The notes under the pieces: generated by a model
What the model saw: only the letters and a program-made list of their open reading frames with translations
Told to the model about the DNA's origin: nothing
Database searches by the model: none
Translations under genes and position numbers: made by a program
From: Dickeya dadantii NCPPB 898
Lineage (GTDB): Bacteria; Pseudomonadota; Gammaproteobacteria; Enterobacterales; Enterobacteriaceae
DNA: 32,000 nucleotides
NCBI RefSeq assembly: GCF_000406145.1
Contig: NZ_CM001976.1
Coordinates: 897,260-929,259 of the forward strand
Direction: 5' to 3'
Shown: positions 10,112 to 18,536 of the stretch, in pieces
How the letters are laid out: each line of letters begins with the position of its first letter
How positions within the stretch are numbered: position 1 is the stretch's first letter

Positions 10112-12901
10112 ATGATTGAGCGATTAATGAGAAAAATGACTTCCCGCTGGCCAGGCATAATTGGTTTTTGCCTGTTCAGTACGCTGGCCTCAGCGCAAAC
10201 CGTCACCAGCCCGCTGCCGGTGATTACTGAGGGGCAACTGGACAATGGCCTGCGTTACACCATTGTGCCGCTGGCCGGGCAGCAGCAACGGCTGGATATC
10301 CGGCTCAGCGTTGAGTCCGGTTCGCTGGATGAGCAAGACGGCGAGTCCGGCGTGGCGCATATGGTCGAACACATGGTGTTCCGCGCTACGCGGGATTACC
10401 CGGCCGGTCTGGCGCAAACGCTGGGCCAGCAGGGTTGGGTTCGCGCTCAGCACTACAATGCCATGACTAATTACGAGCGCACGGTGTACATGCTGAGCCC
10501 GCCTGCCGGCAAGCCATCTCTGGGGCTGGCGTTGAATGTGCTGGCGCAGATCGCCGGGCAGGCACGCTTCGAACCGGAGGACTGGCAGCGCGAGCGGCAG
10601 GTGATTCTGGAAGAGTGGCGCGGCAAGCTTGGTGTGGCGGAACGCATGAACCAACAGCGGGTGGCCGCTATCCGGCATGGTTCGCGCTATCCCGACCGTC
10701 CGGTTATCGGTTCTGAACACGCGATCCAGACCACGCCGGCGACGGTGCTGCGCAATTTTTATGCCCGCTGGTATCACCCCCGGAATATGCGCCTGCTCGT
10801 AATCGGCGACCTGGAGCCTGAACAGGTAAAACAGGCGATTACGCAGGCGATGGGGACGCTGCCGGACGGCAAAATACCGCAGCGTGATCAGTATGAACCG
10901 GCGTTGCGTCCGCAACTGCATGTGGTTCGCTTGCAGGACAGCCAGAGCAGCGTCAGCCAGGTGTCGTTGGTGTTCCGTTTTGACGATGCTGCGGCCAGAG
11001 CGACCGGCGAGCAGGGGCTGCGTCATCGTTTGATCAACCAGATCGCGCTGGACACCCTGAGCCGGCAGGTGCAGCGCCAGCCGATTTCATCGGCAGCGGC
11101 GGTCAGCAGCCTGGTGGTACGCAAGTCCGACATCGGGCGCACCACCGTGGCGCTGGGGCTGTTCGCCTCGGTGTTGCCGGACGGTCACCAGCAAGGGTTG
11201 AACGTGCTGCTGCAGGAGATTGCCCGGTTGCAGCGCTACCCGCTCTACGAGTCGGACATCGCGGCCGTCAAAGACGAGATTCGTCAGTCGGCGCAGAACA
11301 TGGCGGCGACGCCGGAACAGCGCGAGTTCTCCGACTGGGTGCAGCAACTGGTGGTGTCCTGGCAGCAAGAGCGCCCTTATACCGGCAAACAACAGCTGGG
11401 GCAACAGGCTCTGGCGGCGCTGAACAGCATCACCGCCGCCGACATCAACGCCTGCCTGCAACGCTGGCTGTCCTCGCCCGATCAACTGGTGCAGTTCAGC
11501 GTCCCCGGCAACCTGGCTTTTACCTTGCCGTCAGCGGCCGACGTTGAGCAACTGCGTCAGCAGGCGGCTCGCGGCGAGCTGTCGCCGTTGCAACAATCTG
11601 TTGTGCGGGTCGCGCCCACGCTACCGGCAGTCGACGGTCATGGCGCGGTCACCAGCGTGCGCTCGTTCCCGGAGCAGAAGGTGGAAGAGTGGCAACTGGG
11701 CAACGGCGATCGGCTGGTGTGGCTGCGCAGTGCTCAGGCAGGCAAAGCGGTATCGTTGACCGTACAGTCCCCCGCCGGCTTTATGACGCCGGGACGCGAG
11801 CCGTGGTTGTCCCAACTGGCTGGTCAGTTGATCAGTCAAAGCGGGCCTGCTGGCTGGAAAGGCCGCGATCTGACTGACTGGAAAAAAGAGCAGCGGCTAT
11901 CGCTCAGCCTGGATTACCAACCGGATGCGCTGCGCTGGAGCGGCAGCGTCAGCCCGGACAAGCTGGACGCGCTGCTGCATCTCTATCATGCGATGAACCG
12001 GTCGGCCGCTATTGATGAAAGCGATATGCGGGACAGCCTGTCGGTGCTGAAACGCCAGCAGGTCACCCGTGAACAGAGCGTCGGCTTCCGGCGGGAGCAG
12101 GAGATCGCCATGCTGCAGTTTGGCAAAACGACCACGCCTTTCCCGACGTCGGCACAGCTGGACACCGTGACTACCGAACAACTGGCACAGCAGTGGCGGC
12201 AGACGGTGGCGGCGCCGGTGACTTACTACCTGCTGGCCGATCTGCCGGCGGAGCGGTTGCGCCCGCTGGTGGAACGCTATCTGGCTTCATTGCCGCGTCA
12301 GGCCGGAGCTGAAAGCCCGCAGAACCTGACGTTGCCGGGGAAACGCGAGCGTGTCTCCGCCATCAATCTGGAGCCGAAAGCGGACATCTACCTGTGGAGT
12401 TTCTCGCCGCAGCCGTGGACGCCGCAGCAGGCGGTGCAGGTGAATATCGCCTCCCGGCTGGCGGCCCGTTATCTCAAGGCCAGCCTGCGGGATGACGCGC
12501 AGGGGATTTATAACCTGAAGATGGAAAGCCGTCTGAATGACAACAGTCAGCGTGTTGAGACGTTGCTGCGTTTCACCACCTCGCCGCAGCGGGCGCAAGA
12601 GTTAAGACGCAACGCGCAGCAGGTACTGGAAACGCTGGCGACGCGCATCACGCCGCAGGATGTGGAGCAGGAGCGCCAGCAGTTTATCCGTAGCGAGCGC
12701 GCCCGCCAGCAGGACAACAGCACCCTGATGTCGCGGCTGATGCTGAGTTATCGCAACTACCACGATCCCCGCTATCTGACCCAACTGGATAGCCTGGCGC
12801 CGGCCATTACCATCGAGGCGGTACGCGAAGCGGCGTCCCGGCTGTGGCATCCGCAAAATCAGGTGCTGTATATCACGCTGCCACGGGAGAAAAAATCGTG
12901 A
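10112..12901 (+). CDS. fusC: Periplasmic M16 (pitrilysin) family zinc protease, PqqL/FusC-like
   Basis: The 929-aa product has a signal peptide ending STLASA-QT and the inverted zinc motif HxxEH = HMVEH (nt 10358-10372). Its two-module M16 length matches E. coli PqqL (about 931 aa). The start could also be Met6 or Met9. Confidence 0.85.
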   Translation: MIERLMRKMTSRWPGIIGFCLFSTLASAQTVTSPLPVITEGQLDNGLRYTIVPLAGQQQRLDIRLSVESGSLDEQDGESGVAHMVEHMVFRATRDYPAGLAQTLGQQGWVRAQHYNAMTNYERTVYMLSPPAGKPSLGLALNVLAQIAGQARFEPEDWQRERQVILEEWRGKLGVAERMNQQRVAAIRHGSRYPDRPVIGSEHAIQTTPATVLRNFYARWYHPRNMRLLVIGDLEPEQVKQAITQAMGTLPDGKIPQRDQYEPALRPQLHVVRLQDSQSSVSQVSLVFRFDDAAARATGEQGLRHRLINQIALDTLSRQVQRQPISSAAAVSSLVVRKSDIGRTTVALGLFASVLPDGHQQGLNVLLQEIARLQRYPLYESDIAAVKDEIRQSAQNMAATPEQREFSDWVQQLVVSWQQERPYTGKQQLGQQALAALNSITAADINACLQRWLSSPDQLVQFSVPGNLAFTLPSAADVEQLRQQAARGELSPLQQSVVRVAPTLPAVDGHGAVTSVRSFPEQKVEEWQLGNGDRLVWLRSAQAGKAVSLTVQSPAGFMTPGREPWLSQLAGQLISQSGPAGWKGRDLTDWKKEQRLSLSLDYQPDALRWSGSVSPDKLDALLHLYHAMNRSAAIDESDMRDSLSVLKRQQVTREQSVGFRREQEIAMLQFGKTTTPFPTSAQLDTVTTEQLAQQWRQTVAAPVTYYLLADLPAERLRPLVERYLASLPRQAGAESPQNLTLPGKRERVSAINLEPKADIYLWSFSPQPWTPQQAVQVNIASRLAARYLKASLRDDAQGIYNLKMESRLNDNSQRVETLLRFTTSPQRAQELRRNAQQVLETLATRITPQDVEQERQQFIRSERARQQDNSTLMSRLMLSYRNYHDPRYLTQLDSLAPAITIEAVREAASRLWHPQNQVLYITLPREKKS

Positions 12902-14559
12902 AGCCGTTTCTGCGGGCTTTTGCCCTGTTATGCCGTCCGTTCTGGTTTAACCGGCGCTACTGGCAAAGCTGGTTGTTGCTGGCCGCTATCGTGGCGATGG
13001 GCGGCAGCATTGTGTATCTCAACGTCCGTATCAATGACTGGAGCAAAACCTTTTATGATGCGCTGGGGGCATTCGACAGTGGCCTGCTTTACCGCCTGAT
13101 CAAAGAATATTGCCTCTATATCCTGATTTATATCGGCGTCTTCGTGTATCAGGAGTGGCTGACCAAACTGCTGATTATTCGCTGGCGCGAACAGATGACG
13201 GCGGCGTTTATCGACAGCTGGTTGGCGAAACGCGCTTTCTACCGCCTGTCGCTGAGCGGCCGGGTGGATAACCCGGACCAGCGCATCGCGCAGGATGTCG
13301 ACCTGTTCGTTACCCAGACGGTGCGGCTGTCGGTGTCGTTTATCATCACCTTCGCCCAACTGTTATCGTTCCTGTTGATCCTGTGGGATCTTTCCGGCGT
13401 ACAGCAGTTCACGCTGTGGGGGCACAGCGTGACCGTCAGCGGCTATCTGGTTTGGGTCGCGGTGCTCTATACCCTGTTAGGCAGCCTGATTACCCAGTGG
13501 ATCGGCAAGCGATTGCACGGCATCAACTATCATAAGCAGCAGGCGGAAGCGGATTTCCGCGCCTCGCTGCTGCGCAAACACGACAGCGCGGAGCAGATTG
13601 CGCTGTACGGCGGTGAACGACAGGAAAAACGTCAACTGGGCGGCTATTTTGCGTCGATCGTCAGCAACTGGCGCTCACTGATGAACGCCGAGCGCAATCT
13701 GGGCCTGTTTACCGTCGGCTATACCCGCGTCAGCCTGATTGTGCCGGTATTCGCCACCTTGCCGGCGTTTCTCAGCAAGACCGTCACGCTTGGCGGGCTG
13801 ATGCAGATTCGCAGCGCGTTCGGGCAGGTACACAGCGCGCTGAGCTGGTTTATCCGGGTGTATTACTCGCTGGTGGAACTCTCCGCCAGCATGACGCGTC
13901 TGGATCAATTCCGGCGGGAAATCGCGGCGCATCAGAACACGACGATACCTATCGTACAAGGCGAACACCTGCAGGTAGAGCGGCTCAGTTTCTCCACGCC
14001 GCAGGGGCAACCGCTGCTGCGCAACGTAACATTCCAGTGCGCGCCCGGCAGTTGGAACCGGCTTTCCGGCCACAGCGGACTGGGGAAATCGACCCTGTTG
14101 CGCACGCTGGCCGGGCTGTGGCCCTATTACAACGGTGCCTGGCAGGCCGGGCGCGGCAATTCACTGCTGTTACCGCAGCAAAGCTATTTAGGGCAGGGGG
14201 CGCTGGCGGAGGTGATCTGCTATCCGCGTGCGCGGCTGGACGATGAAGCGGCGTTGCGTCAGGTGTTGGATCAGGTTGGGCTGGGCGACTGGGGCGACCG
14301 ATTACAGCAGCAGATGAACTGGGATCGGGTGTTCTCCGGCGGCGAGCGACAGCGGCTGGCGCTGGCGCGGGCGCTGGTCAATCGCCCGGATCACCTGTAT
14401 CTGGACGAGGCCACCAGCCATCTCGACCCGCAGGCGGCCCGACATCTGCTGGGGGTGATCCGACAGGCATTGCCGGATTGCACCGTGATTGCGGTCACTC
14501 ACCAGCAGGAACTGGCCGATCTGTTCCATTACCACATCGATCTGGCCGCTTTCCGCTAA
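12898..14559 (+). CDS. fusD: Fused permease/ATPase ABC transporter, YddA/SbmA-BacA type (FusD-like)
   Basis: The GTG start overlaps the protease stop (GTGA at 12898-12901). The N-terminal half is multi-TM. Walker A is GHSGLGKST (14068-14094), the signature is FSGGERQRLALARAL, and Walker B is HLYLDEATSHLD. The product is 553 aa versus about 561 aa for E. coli YddA. Confidence 0.85.
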   Translation: MKPFLRAFALLCRPFWFNRRYWQSWLLLAAIVAMGGSIVYLNVRINDWSKTFYDALGAFDSGLLYRLIKEYCLYILIYIGVFVYQEWLTKLLIIRWREQMTAAFIDSWLAKRAFYRLSLSGRVDNPDQRIAQDVDLFVTQTVRLSVSFIITFAQLLSFLLILWDLSGVQQFTLWGHSVTVSGYLVWVAVLYTLLGSLITQWIGKRLHGINYHKQQAEADFRASLLRKHDSAEQIALYGGERQEKRQLGGYFASIVSNWRSLMNAERNLGLFTVGYTRVSLIVPVFATLPAFLSKTVTLGGLMQIRSAFGQVHSALSWFIRVYYSLVELSASMTRLDQFRREIAAHQNTTIPIVQGEHLQVERLSFSTPQGQPLLRNVTFQCAPGSWNRLSGHSGLGKSTLLRTLAGLWPYYNGAWQAGRGNSLLLPQQSYLGQGALAEVICYPRARLDDEAALRQVLDQVGLGDWGDRLQQQMNWDRVFSGGERQRLALARALVNRPDHLYLDEATSHLDPQAARHLLGVIRQALPDCTVIAVTHQQELADLFHYHIDLAAFR

Positions 14560-14690
14560 CTTCTTTCCCTTCGGCCGGGTGAAGTTTTCCCCGGCCCGTC
14601 TGAACAATGGTAATCTTGGCGGCATGTGCGCGCCGTGGATCAACCGGCGCGAATTTTACGGCACTTTCTGCCGGCGGCGGACTCAAAGAG

Positions 14691-14745
14691 CCAGCGCTAT
14701 GGCAGGGCCGGCTCTTTGAGTCGGCGCCGTTTTATGTTGAGGAGT
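14691..14745 (+). terminator. Candidate terminator of the fus-like operon
   Basis: A 12-bp stem ACTCAAAGAGCC (14691-14702) / GGCTCTTTGAGT (14720-14731) has a 17-nt loop. GTTTTATGTT follows after 8 nt, immediately before the yfeY SD GAGGAG. Confidence 0.5.
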
Positions 14746-14750
14746 CGAGA

Positions 14751-15341
14751 GTGACAAAAGTGCGTCCGTTGTTTCTGGCTTTCCCACTGTTGCTGGCGGG
14801 GTGCAGCACACTATCCGGTTTTTCCTGGTCCAGTTTGTCGCCGTTTAACTGGTTCGGTCATCGTCTGGCGGTATCGGACGCCGGCGTTGGTGACATTAAT
14901 GCCAGGACGCCGATGCTGGAGTCGGTATTGAACGACGCGTTGAACGGCGATTATCGCCTGCGCGGCGGTATGGAAACCCGCAACGGCAAGCTGGTATCGA
15001 TCTATGAAGCGCTTAAGGATGACAGCGTCAGGCTGGAAATCAGCGGCGCGCCGAAAGGCCAGGTCACGCAGGTGGCGGTGATGGACAAGGCGATCGCCAG
15101 CGAGTGGGGTGTGAAAATCGGTGATGAATTCAGTTCGCTTTACAGCAAGGCGTTTGGCCTCTGTCAGCCGGGACAGGGCGCGGATGCTCGCAGCGTAGAA
15201 TGCGTGGCGCCGCAGGGTAAACACGTCAGCTACCTGTTCTCCGGCAACTGGAGCGGACCGGAAGGCTTGATGCCATCCGACGATATTCTCAAAAGCTGGA
15301 AGGTCAGCAAGATCGTCTGGCACGCGCAGGGACGAGAATAA
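14751..15341 (+). CDS. yfeY: RpoE-regulated lipoprotein YfeY (DUF1131)
   Basis: The start is GTG 14751, preceded by GAGGAG. The lipobox is LLLAGC. The blocks NWFG, DYRLRGGM, GVKIGDEFSSLYSKAFG.C and FSGNWSGPEGLMPSDDILKSWKVSKIVW match E. coli YfeY. The ORF-track start at 14607 is an upstream extension. Confidence 0.85.
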   Translation: MTKVRPLFLAFPLLLAGCSTLSGFSWSSLSPFNWFGHRLAVSDAGVGDINARTPMLESVLNDALNGDYRLRGGMETRNGKLVSIYEALKDDSVRLEISGAPKGQVTQVAVMDKAIASEWGVKIGDEFSSLYSKAFGLCQPGQGADARSVECVAPQGKHVSYLFSGNWSGPEGLMPSDDILKSWKVSKIVWHAQGRE

Positions 15342-15711
15342 TTCATCAGTATAGTTTATGAATTCATGCGCCGGGATGACGCTGTCCCGGTTCATATCGC
15401 CGCCGTGTTTTACGTCGTAATGTCATTTTCATCAGATTTATTGTTTAATTTTGTTAAAGTATTTGGTGCTTATTCTGTGCTGAATTACTGAAAAATCCCC
15501 TGATGACTCACTGCCTTTATTGCCTTTCATCATCGCTTTATCTGCGTCTTACCCTGCTGATTTATCATTTCTTCTGAATATGATCCGGACCGCATCCGGT
15601 GCTGTATCCGCACTCGCCTGACGCTAACATATAAATCTGCATACAGATTGCTGACACCATGCGCTGTGTGTGACCGGCAGCCGATAGTGGTTCCGTTGGC
15701 TGCGACTATCA

Positions 15712-15721
15712 CCTGTACAGG
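15712..15721. promoter_or_regulatory. Perfect 10-bp palindrome CCTGTACAGG upstream of the glycosyltransferase gene
   Basis: The palindrome is read directly from the sequence, 68 nt upstream of ATG 15789. Its half-sites resemble lux-box arms (CTGTA/TACAG) but lack the central spacer. Confidence 0.3.
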
Positions 15722-15788
15722 AAGTCTGATGTGCGTATTCGCATCGCGTTTGGATCCGCACACCGATAATGCTCAATAAGGAGTTTTG

Positions 15789-17063
15789 ATGTCCCACATC
15801 CTGATGGCCGCGGTGGCAACGCCGGGGCATGTTTATCCTATGCTGACCATCGCCCGTCATCTGCTGACCAAAGGGCACCGGGTAACCCTGTTCAGCGGTG
15901 CGCTGTTTCGTGAGCAGGCGCAGGCCGCCGGCGTCGGGTTTATCGCGTTCGATGAAGCGATCGATTTTGACTACCGTTATCTGGAGCGCCATTTTCCCAG
16001 GCGCGCCACTCTGCCGCCCGGCAACGCGCAGATGGCGCTGGCGCTGCGCGAATTCTTCTCCGCGCCTATTCCGTTGATCGACCGCCAGTTGCGCGCGGTG
16101 CTGGCGCAAACCGAGGCGGACGTGGTGATGGCGGAAAACTGTTTCTACGGCATTCTGCCGTTGCTGGCCAGCGAGGATCGCCCGCCGGTGATTGGCATTG
16201 GCGTGACGCCGCTGTCCTTTTCTTCCCGCGATTCGATCTTCTACGGGCCGCGTATCCCGCCCGCGCTGTTGCCGCCGGATTTGACCCGCGAACAACTGAT
16301 CGACGACGAAACCCGCGAACTGATCGCCGGCGTGAAAGAGGCGTTCGATACGGTGATGGTGCAGTCGGGACAACAGCCGCTAACCGCACCCTTTGCCGAC
16401 GCGCTGATCAGCGGCTGCGACCGTTTCCTGCAATTGTCCACCACCGAACTGGAATATCACCGCGATGATTTGCCGTCGTGCGTACGCTTTGTGGGGCCGT
16501 TGCCGTTGAAGGTGACAGAGGAGGATGCGGAACAGGCGCTGTGGCCGCCGCAGGACACCCGGCCGCTGGTGATTGTGTCGCAGGGAACGCTGGCGAATGT
16601 GGATTTGCAGCAATTGATTGGCCCGACGTTACGCGCGCTGGCCGACCTGCCCGTCCGGGTGCTGGCGACCACCGGCGGCCGGCCGGTGGAAGCGCTGGCC
16701 GCTTCGGTGCCGGAAAACGCACGGGTGTGCCGTTTTGTCTCGCTGGAGCACTGGCTGCCGCGGGCGGCGCTGTTGATTACCAACGGGGGATACGGTTCGC
16801 TTAACGCGGCGTTGTCTCACGGCGTGCCGTTGATTGTGGCCGGTACGGGAGAAGACAAACTGGAAACCGCGGCGAGGGTGGTGTTTGCCGGCTGTGGGCT
16901 GAATCTCGGCACCAGCACGCCGGGCGAGCAGCAGATTGCCGACGCGGTGACGCGCATCCTCGAACAACCCGGTTATACCCAGCGGGCGCGTTGGGTTCAG
17001 GCGGATTGCGCGCGTCATCACGCGCTGGAGGCGATTGCGGAAGAGGTGGCGGCAATCGGGTAA
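15789..17063 (+). CDS. GT1-family (MGT/UDP-glycosyltransferase-like) glycosyltransferase
   Basis: AAGGAG lies 5 nt upstream of ATG 15789. The N-terminal motif ATPGHVYPMLTIARHLLTKGHRVTLF (acceptor-domain G-H loop) and the C-terminal donor motif ITNGGYGSLNAALSHGVPLIVAGTGEDKLETAARV are typical of GT-B/GT1 enzymes such as OleD, MGT and CrtX. Confidence 0.8.
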   Translation: MSHILMAAVATPGHVYPMLTIARHLLTKGHRVTLFSGALFREQAQAAGVGFIAFDEAIDFDYRYLERHFPRRATLPPGNAQMALALREFFSAPIPLIDRQLRAVLAQTEADVVMAENCFYGILPLLASEDRPPVIGIGVTPLSFSSRDSIFYGPRIPPALLPPDLTREQLIDDETRELIAGVKEAFDTVMVQSGQQPLTAPFADALISGCDRFLQLSTTELEYHRDDLPSCVRFVGPLPLKVTEEDAEQALWPPQDTRPLVIVSQGTLANVDLQQLIGPTLRALADLPVRVLATTGGRPVEALAASVPENARVCRFVSLEHWLPRAALLITNGGYGSLNAALSHGVPLIVAGTGEDKLETAARVVFAGCGLNLGTSTPGEQQIADAVTRILEQPGYTQRARWVQADCARHHALEAIAEEVAAIG

Positions 17064-17103
17064 GCGTTTTACGTCGCTTATATCTAAAGCACGTTGTCTG
17101 GAT

Positions 17104-17135
17104 AAACCACTGTCATTTGTACGGTGGTTTTTTTT
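17104..17135. terminator. Rho-independent terminator shared by the convergent GT and ner-like genes
   Basis: AAACCACTG ... CGGTGGTTT forms a 9-bp stem including one G:U pair, with a 9-nt loop, followed by a T-run to 17135. Confidence 0.7.
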
Positions 17136-17183
17136 CACCTGTGGGTGAGGCGGTACGTTTCCCTGTTGCGTGTTGGCGAATAT

Positions 17184-17471
17184 TCAGACTGATGCCTGGG
17201 ATTTATTAGCGGTATTTCGCATCAGTTTTTTACGATCAACCCAGGTATGGGTCTGAGGGTCATAATAACGGCTCGGCCATATTTCTTCCGGCTTAACGCC
17301 TAATGCGTTGGCAATCAGCAATTCCCCTTTCGGCCAGGGGCGATATAAGGCGTTTGCCAATGTACTTGAACTTAATCCTGCTTCTCGTGAGACCGCTGAG
17401 AGTGATGTTCCTTTCTTCCTCAATGCAGCAATGATATCGGCGGAATGCCAGTCCATTCTCCTTGCGCGCAT
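17184..17471 (-). CDS. Ner/Nlp (SfsB)-like HTH DNA-binding protein
   Basis: The 95-aa product contains DWHSADIIAALRKKGTSLSAVSREAGLSSSTLANALYRPWPKGELLIANALGVKPEEIWPSRYYDPQTH, colinear with E. coli Nlp/SfsB and phage Mu Ner. GAGGA lies 6 nt upstream of the ATG. Confidence 0.85.
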   Translation of the reverse strand: MRARRMDWHSADIIAALRKKGTSLSAVSREAGLSSSTLANALYRPWPKGELLIANALGVKPEEIWPSRYYDPQTHTWVDRKKLMRNTANKSQASV

Positions 17472-17560
17472 GACTTATCCTCGATGCTTGTGGCTGGTTG
17501 TTATTTTGGTTGTGACAGACTTTTACTATTACACACTTTTATAGGTAAAAAATACTCTTG

Positions 17561-17574
17561 AATTAAATTTAATT
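17561..17574. promoter_or_regulatory. Perfect 14-bp AT palindrome in the divergent ner-like/luxR-type promoter region
   Basis: AATTAAATTTAATT is its own reverse complement. It sits in a 361-bp spacer (17472-17832) that is visibly much more AT-rich than the flanking DNA. Confidence 0.3.
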
Positions 17575-17832
17575 TAATAAAATTAGGGATATCATGTGCC
17601 ATGAATCTGATGAAAGCAGGTATTTGTTTGGTTACATGAAGGATAAGGCAAGGAAGTGTTTGATATAGTTAATGAATGGAAACGTGTTGGATGTTGCGGT
17701 TGTGAAAGTATGATGGATGAAATAAATTCAATGGAATATATTTAAATTAAAACTAATTATCTGGTTAATAATTGGTGATGCTGAATACCAAATACCATCC
17801 TAAAATTTGGCGAAAGATATTTAATAAACAGG

Positions 17833-18522
17833 ATGTCGCTTGTAATGACCGTTAACCACGATTATTTGCGCTCGTTTATTCCCTTGCTGGATGGGATGAA
17901 TGAGCCATGGGGAATCAAGGATCTGGCGTCTCGCCATGTGTATATGAACACGCCAGCATACAGTTACACTAATACGCCGGTACGTTTTGATATTGAGGGA
18001 AAATCCGACGAAGAATTTCCGATCGCCTGGGCGGAATTATCGGGTGATTTTATTGAACACGATCGTCGAACGGAGATCCGTGCTGAACGGGTTACTGTTA
18101 TTGAAACCCATTACTGGTTTGGCAAAGCAGAACTGTCGCCGTATATCAGTGAAAAAATTCCTCTTTTTAATCAGGCAAAAGAATGCGTGGGCATTTTGTG
18201 GAATGCCCGGCCGATGACCACATTATCGCCGCTGATTCATATTGATCAGCGTAAGCCAACCGTATTGAAAGCCGAAATAACCACCGATCTTTTTACTCGC
18301 GCTGAACTGGATACACTCTTTCTGGTGTTGCGGCGTTTTTCCAGCAAAGAAATCGCAAAGCGGTTCAACCTGTCCAACAGAACGATCGAAAACAGAATAC
18401 AAAACATGTACCAAAAAGCCGGTGTGCATTCGTTCAATCAGTTTGAAGAGTTTTGTTATCAACAGGGGCTGGACGGCTTTATACCTCACTCATTGCTGAC
18501 CAAAGGTATTTTATTTATCTAG
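17833..18522 (+). CDS. LuxR-family transcriptional regulator with an N-terminal PAS-like sensor domain
   Basis: The C-terminal GerE/LuxR HTH is TRAELDTLFLVLRRFSSKEIAKRFNLSNRTIENRIQNMYQKAGV. The N-terminal 150 aa or so have a PAS-like pattern and no autoinducer-binding signature. The gene is visibly AT-richer than its neighbours. The start is ambiguous (ATG 17833 or 17845). Confidence 0.75.
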   Translation: MSLVMTVNHDYLRSFIPLLDGMNEPWGIKDLASRHVYMNTPAYSYTNTPVRFDIEGKSDEEFPIAWAELSGDFIEHDRRTEIRAERVTVIETHYWFGKAELSPYISEKIPLFNQAKECVGILWNARPMTTLSPLIHIDQRKPTVLKAEITTDLFTRAELDTLFLVLRRFSSKEIAKRFNLSNRTIENRIQNMYQKAGVHSFNQFEEFCYQQGLDGFIPHSLLTKGILFI

Positions 18523-18536
18523 CAAGGATGGGTGAA

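Noticed and set aside
8719-11026. Long minus-strand ORFs (8719-9705, 10190-11026) inside the receptor and protease genes.
   Set aside because: The reasoning is the same as for the maeB antisense ORF. Their composition is typical of antisense frames, they have no SD or start context, and the sense-strand proteins have clear family signatures.
15504-15578. A 24-aa hydrophobic mini-ORF (MTHCLYCLSSSLYLRLTLLIYHFF) in the glycosyltransferase leader, and a 23-aa one at about 15420-15491.
   Set aside because: There is no Shine-Dalgarno and conservation cannot be assessed. Such mini-ORFs are expected by chance in a 444-bp AT-richer spacer.
15712-15721. Interpreting CCTGTACAGG as a canonical lux box for the nearby LuxR-type protein.
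   Set aside because: Lux boxes are about 20-bp palindromes with a central spacer, and this site is only 10 bp. The neighbouring regulator also lacks an AHL-binding domain. It is kept only as a generic palindrome.
15624-17138. Minus-strand and alternative-frame ORFs overlapping the glycosyltransferase (15624-16373, 16629-17138 and others).
   Set aside because: They are Arg/Pro/Gly-rich shadow ORFs of a GC-rich gene. The + strand product has canonical GT1 donor and acceptor motifs.
17594-17668. A 24-aa ORF (MCHESDESRYLFGYMKDKARKCLI) with an AGGGA 4 nt upstream, in the AT-rich spacer.
   Set aside because: The spacing to the SD-like motif is short and the peptide is featureless. It is mentioned only as something ribosome profiling could revisit.
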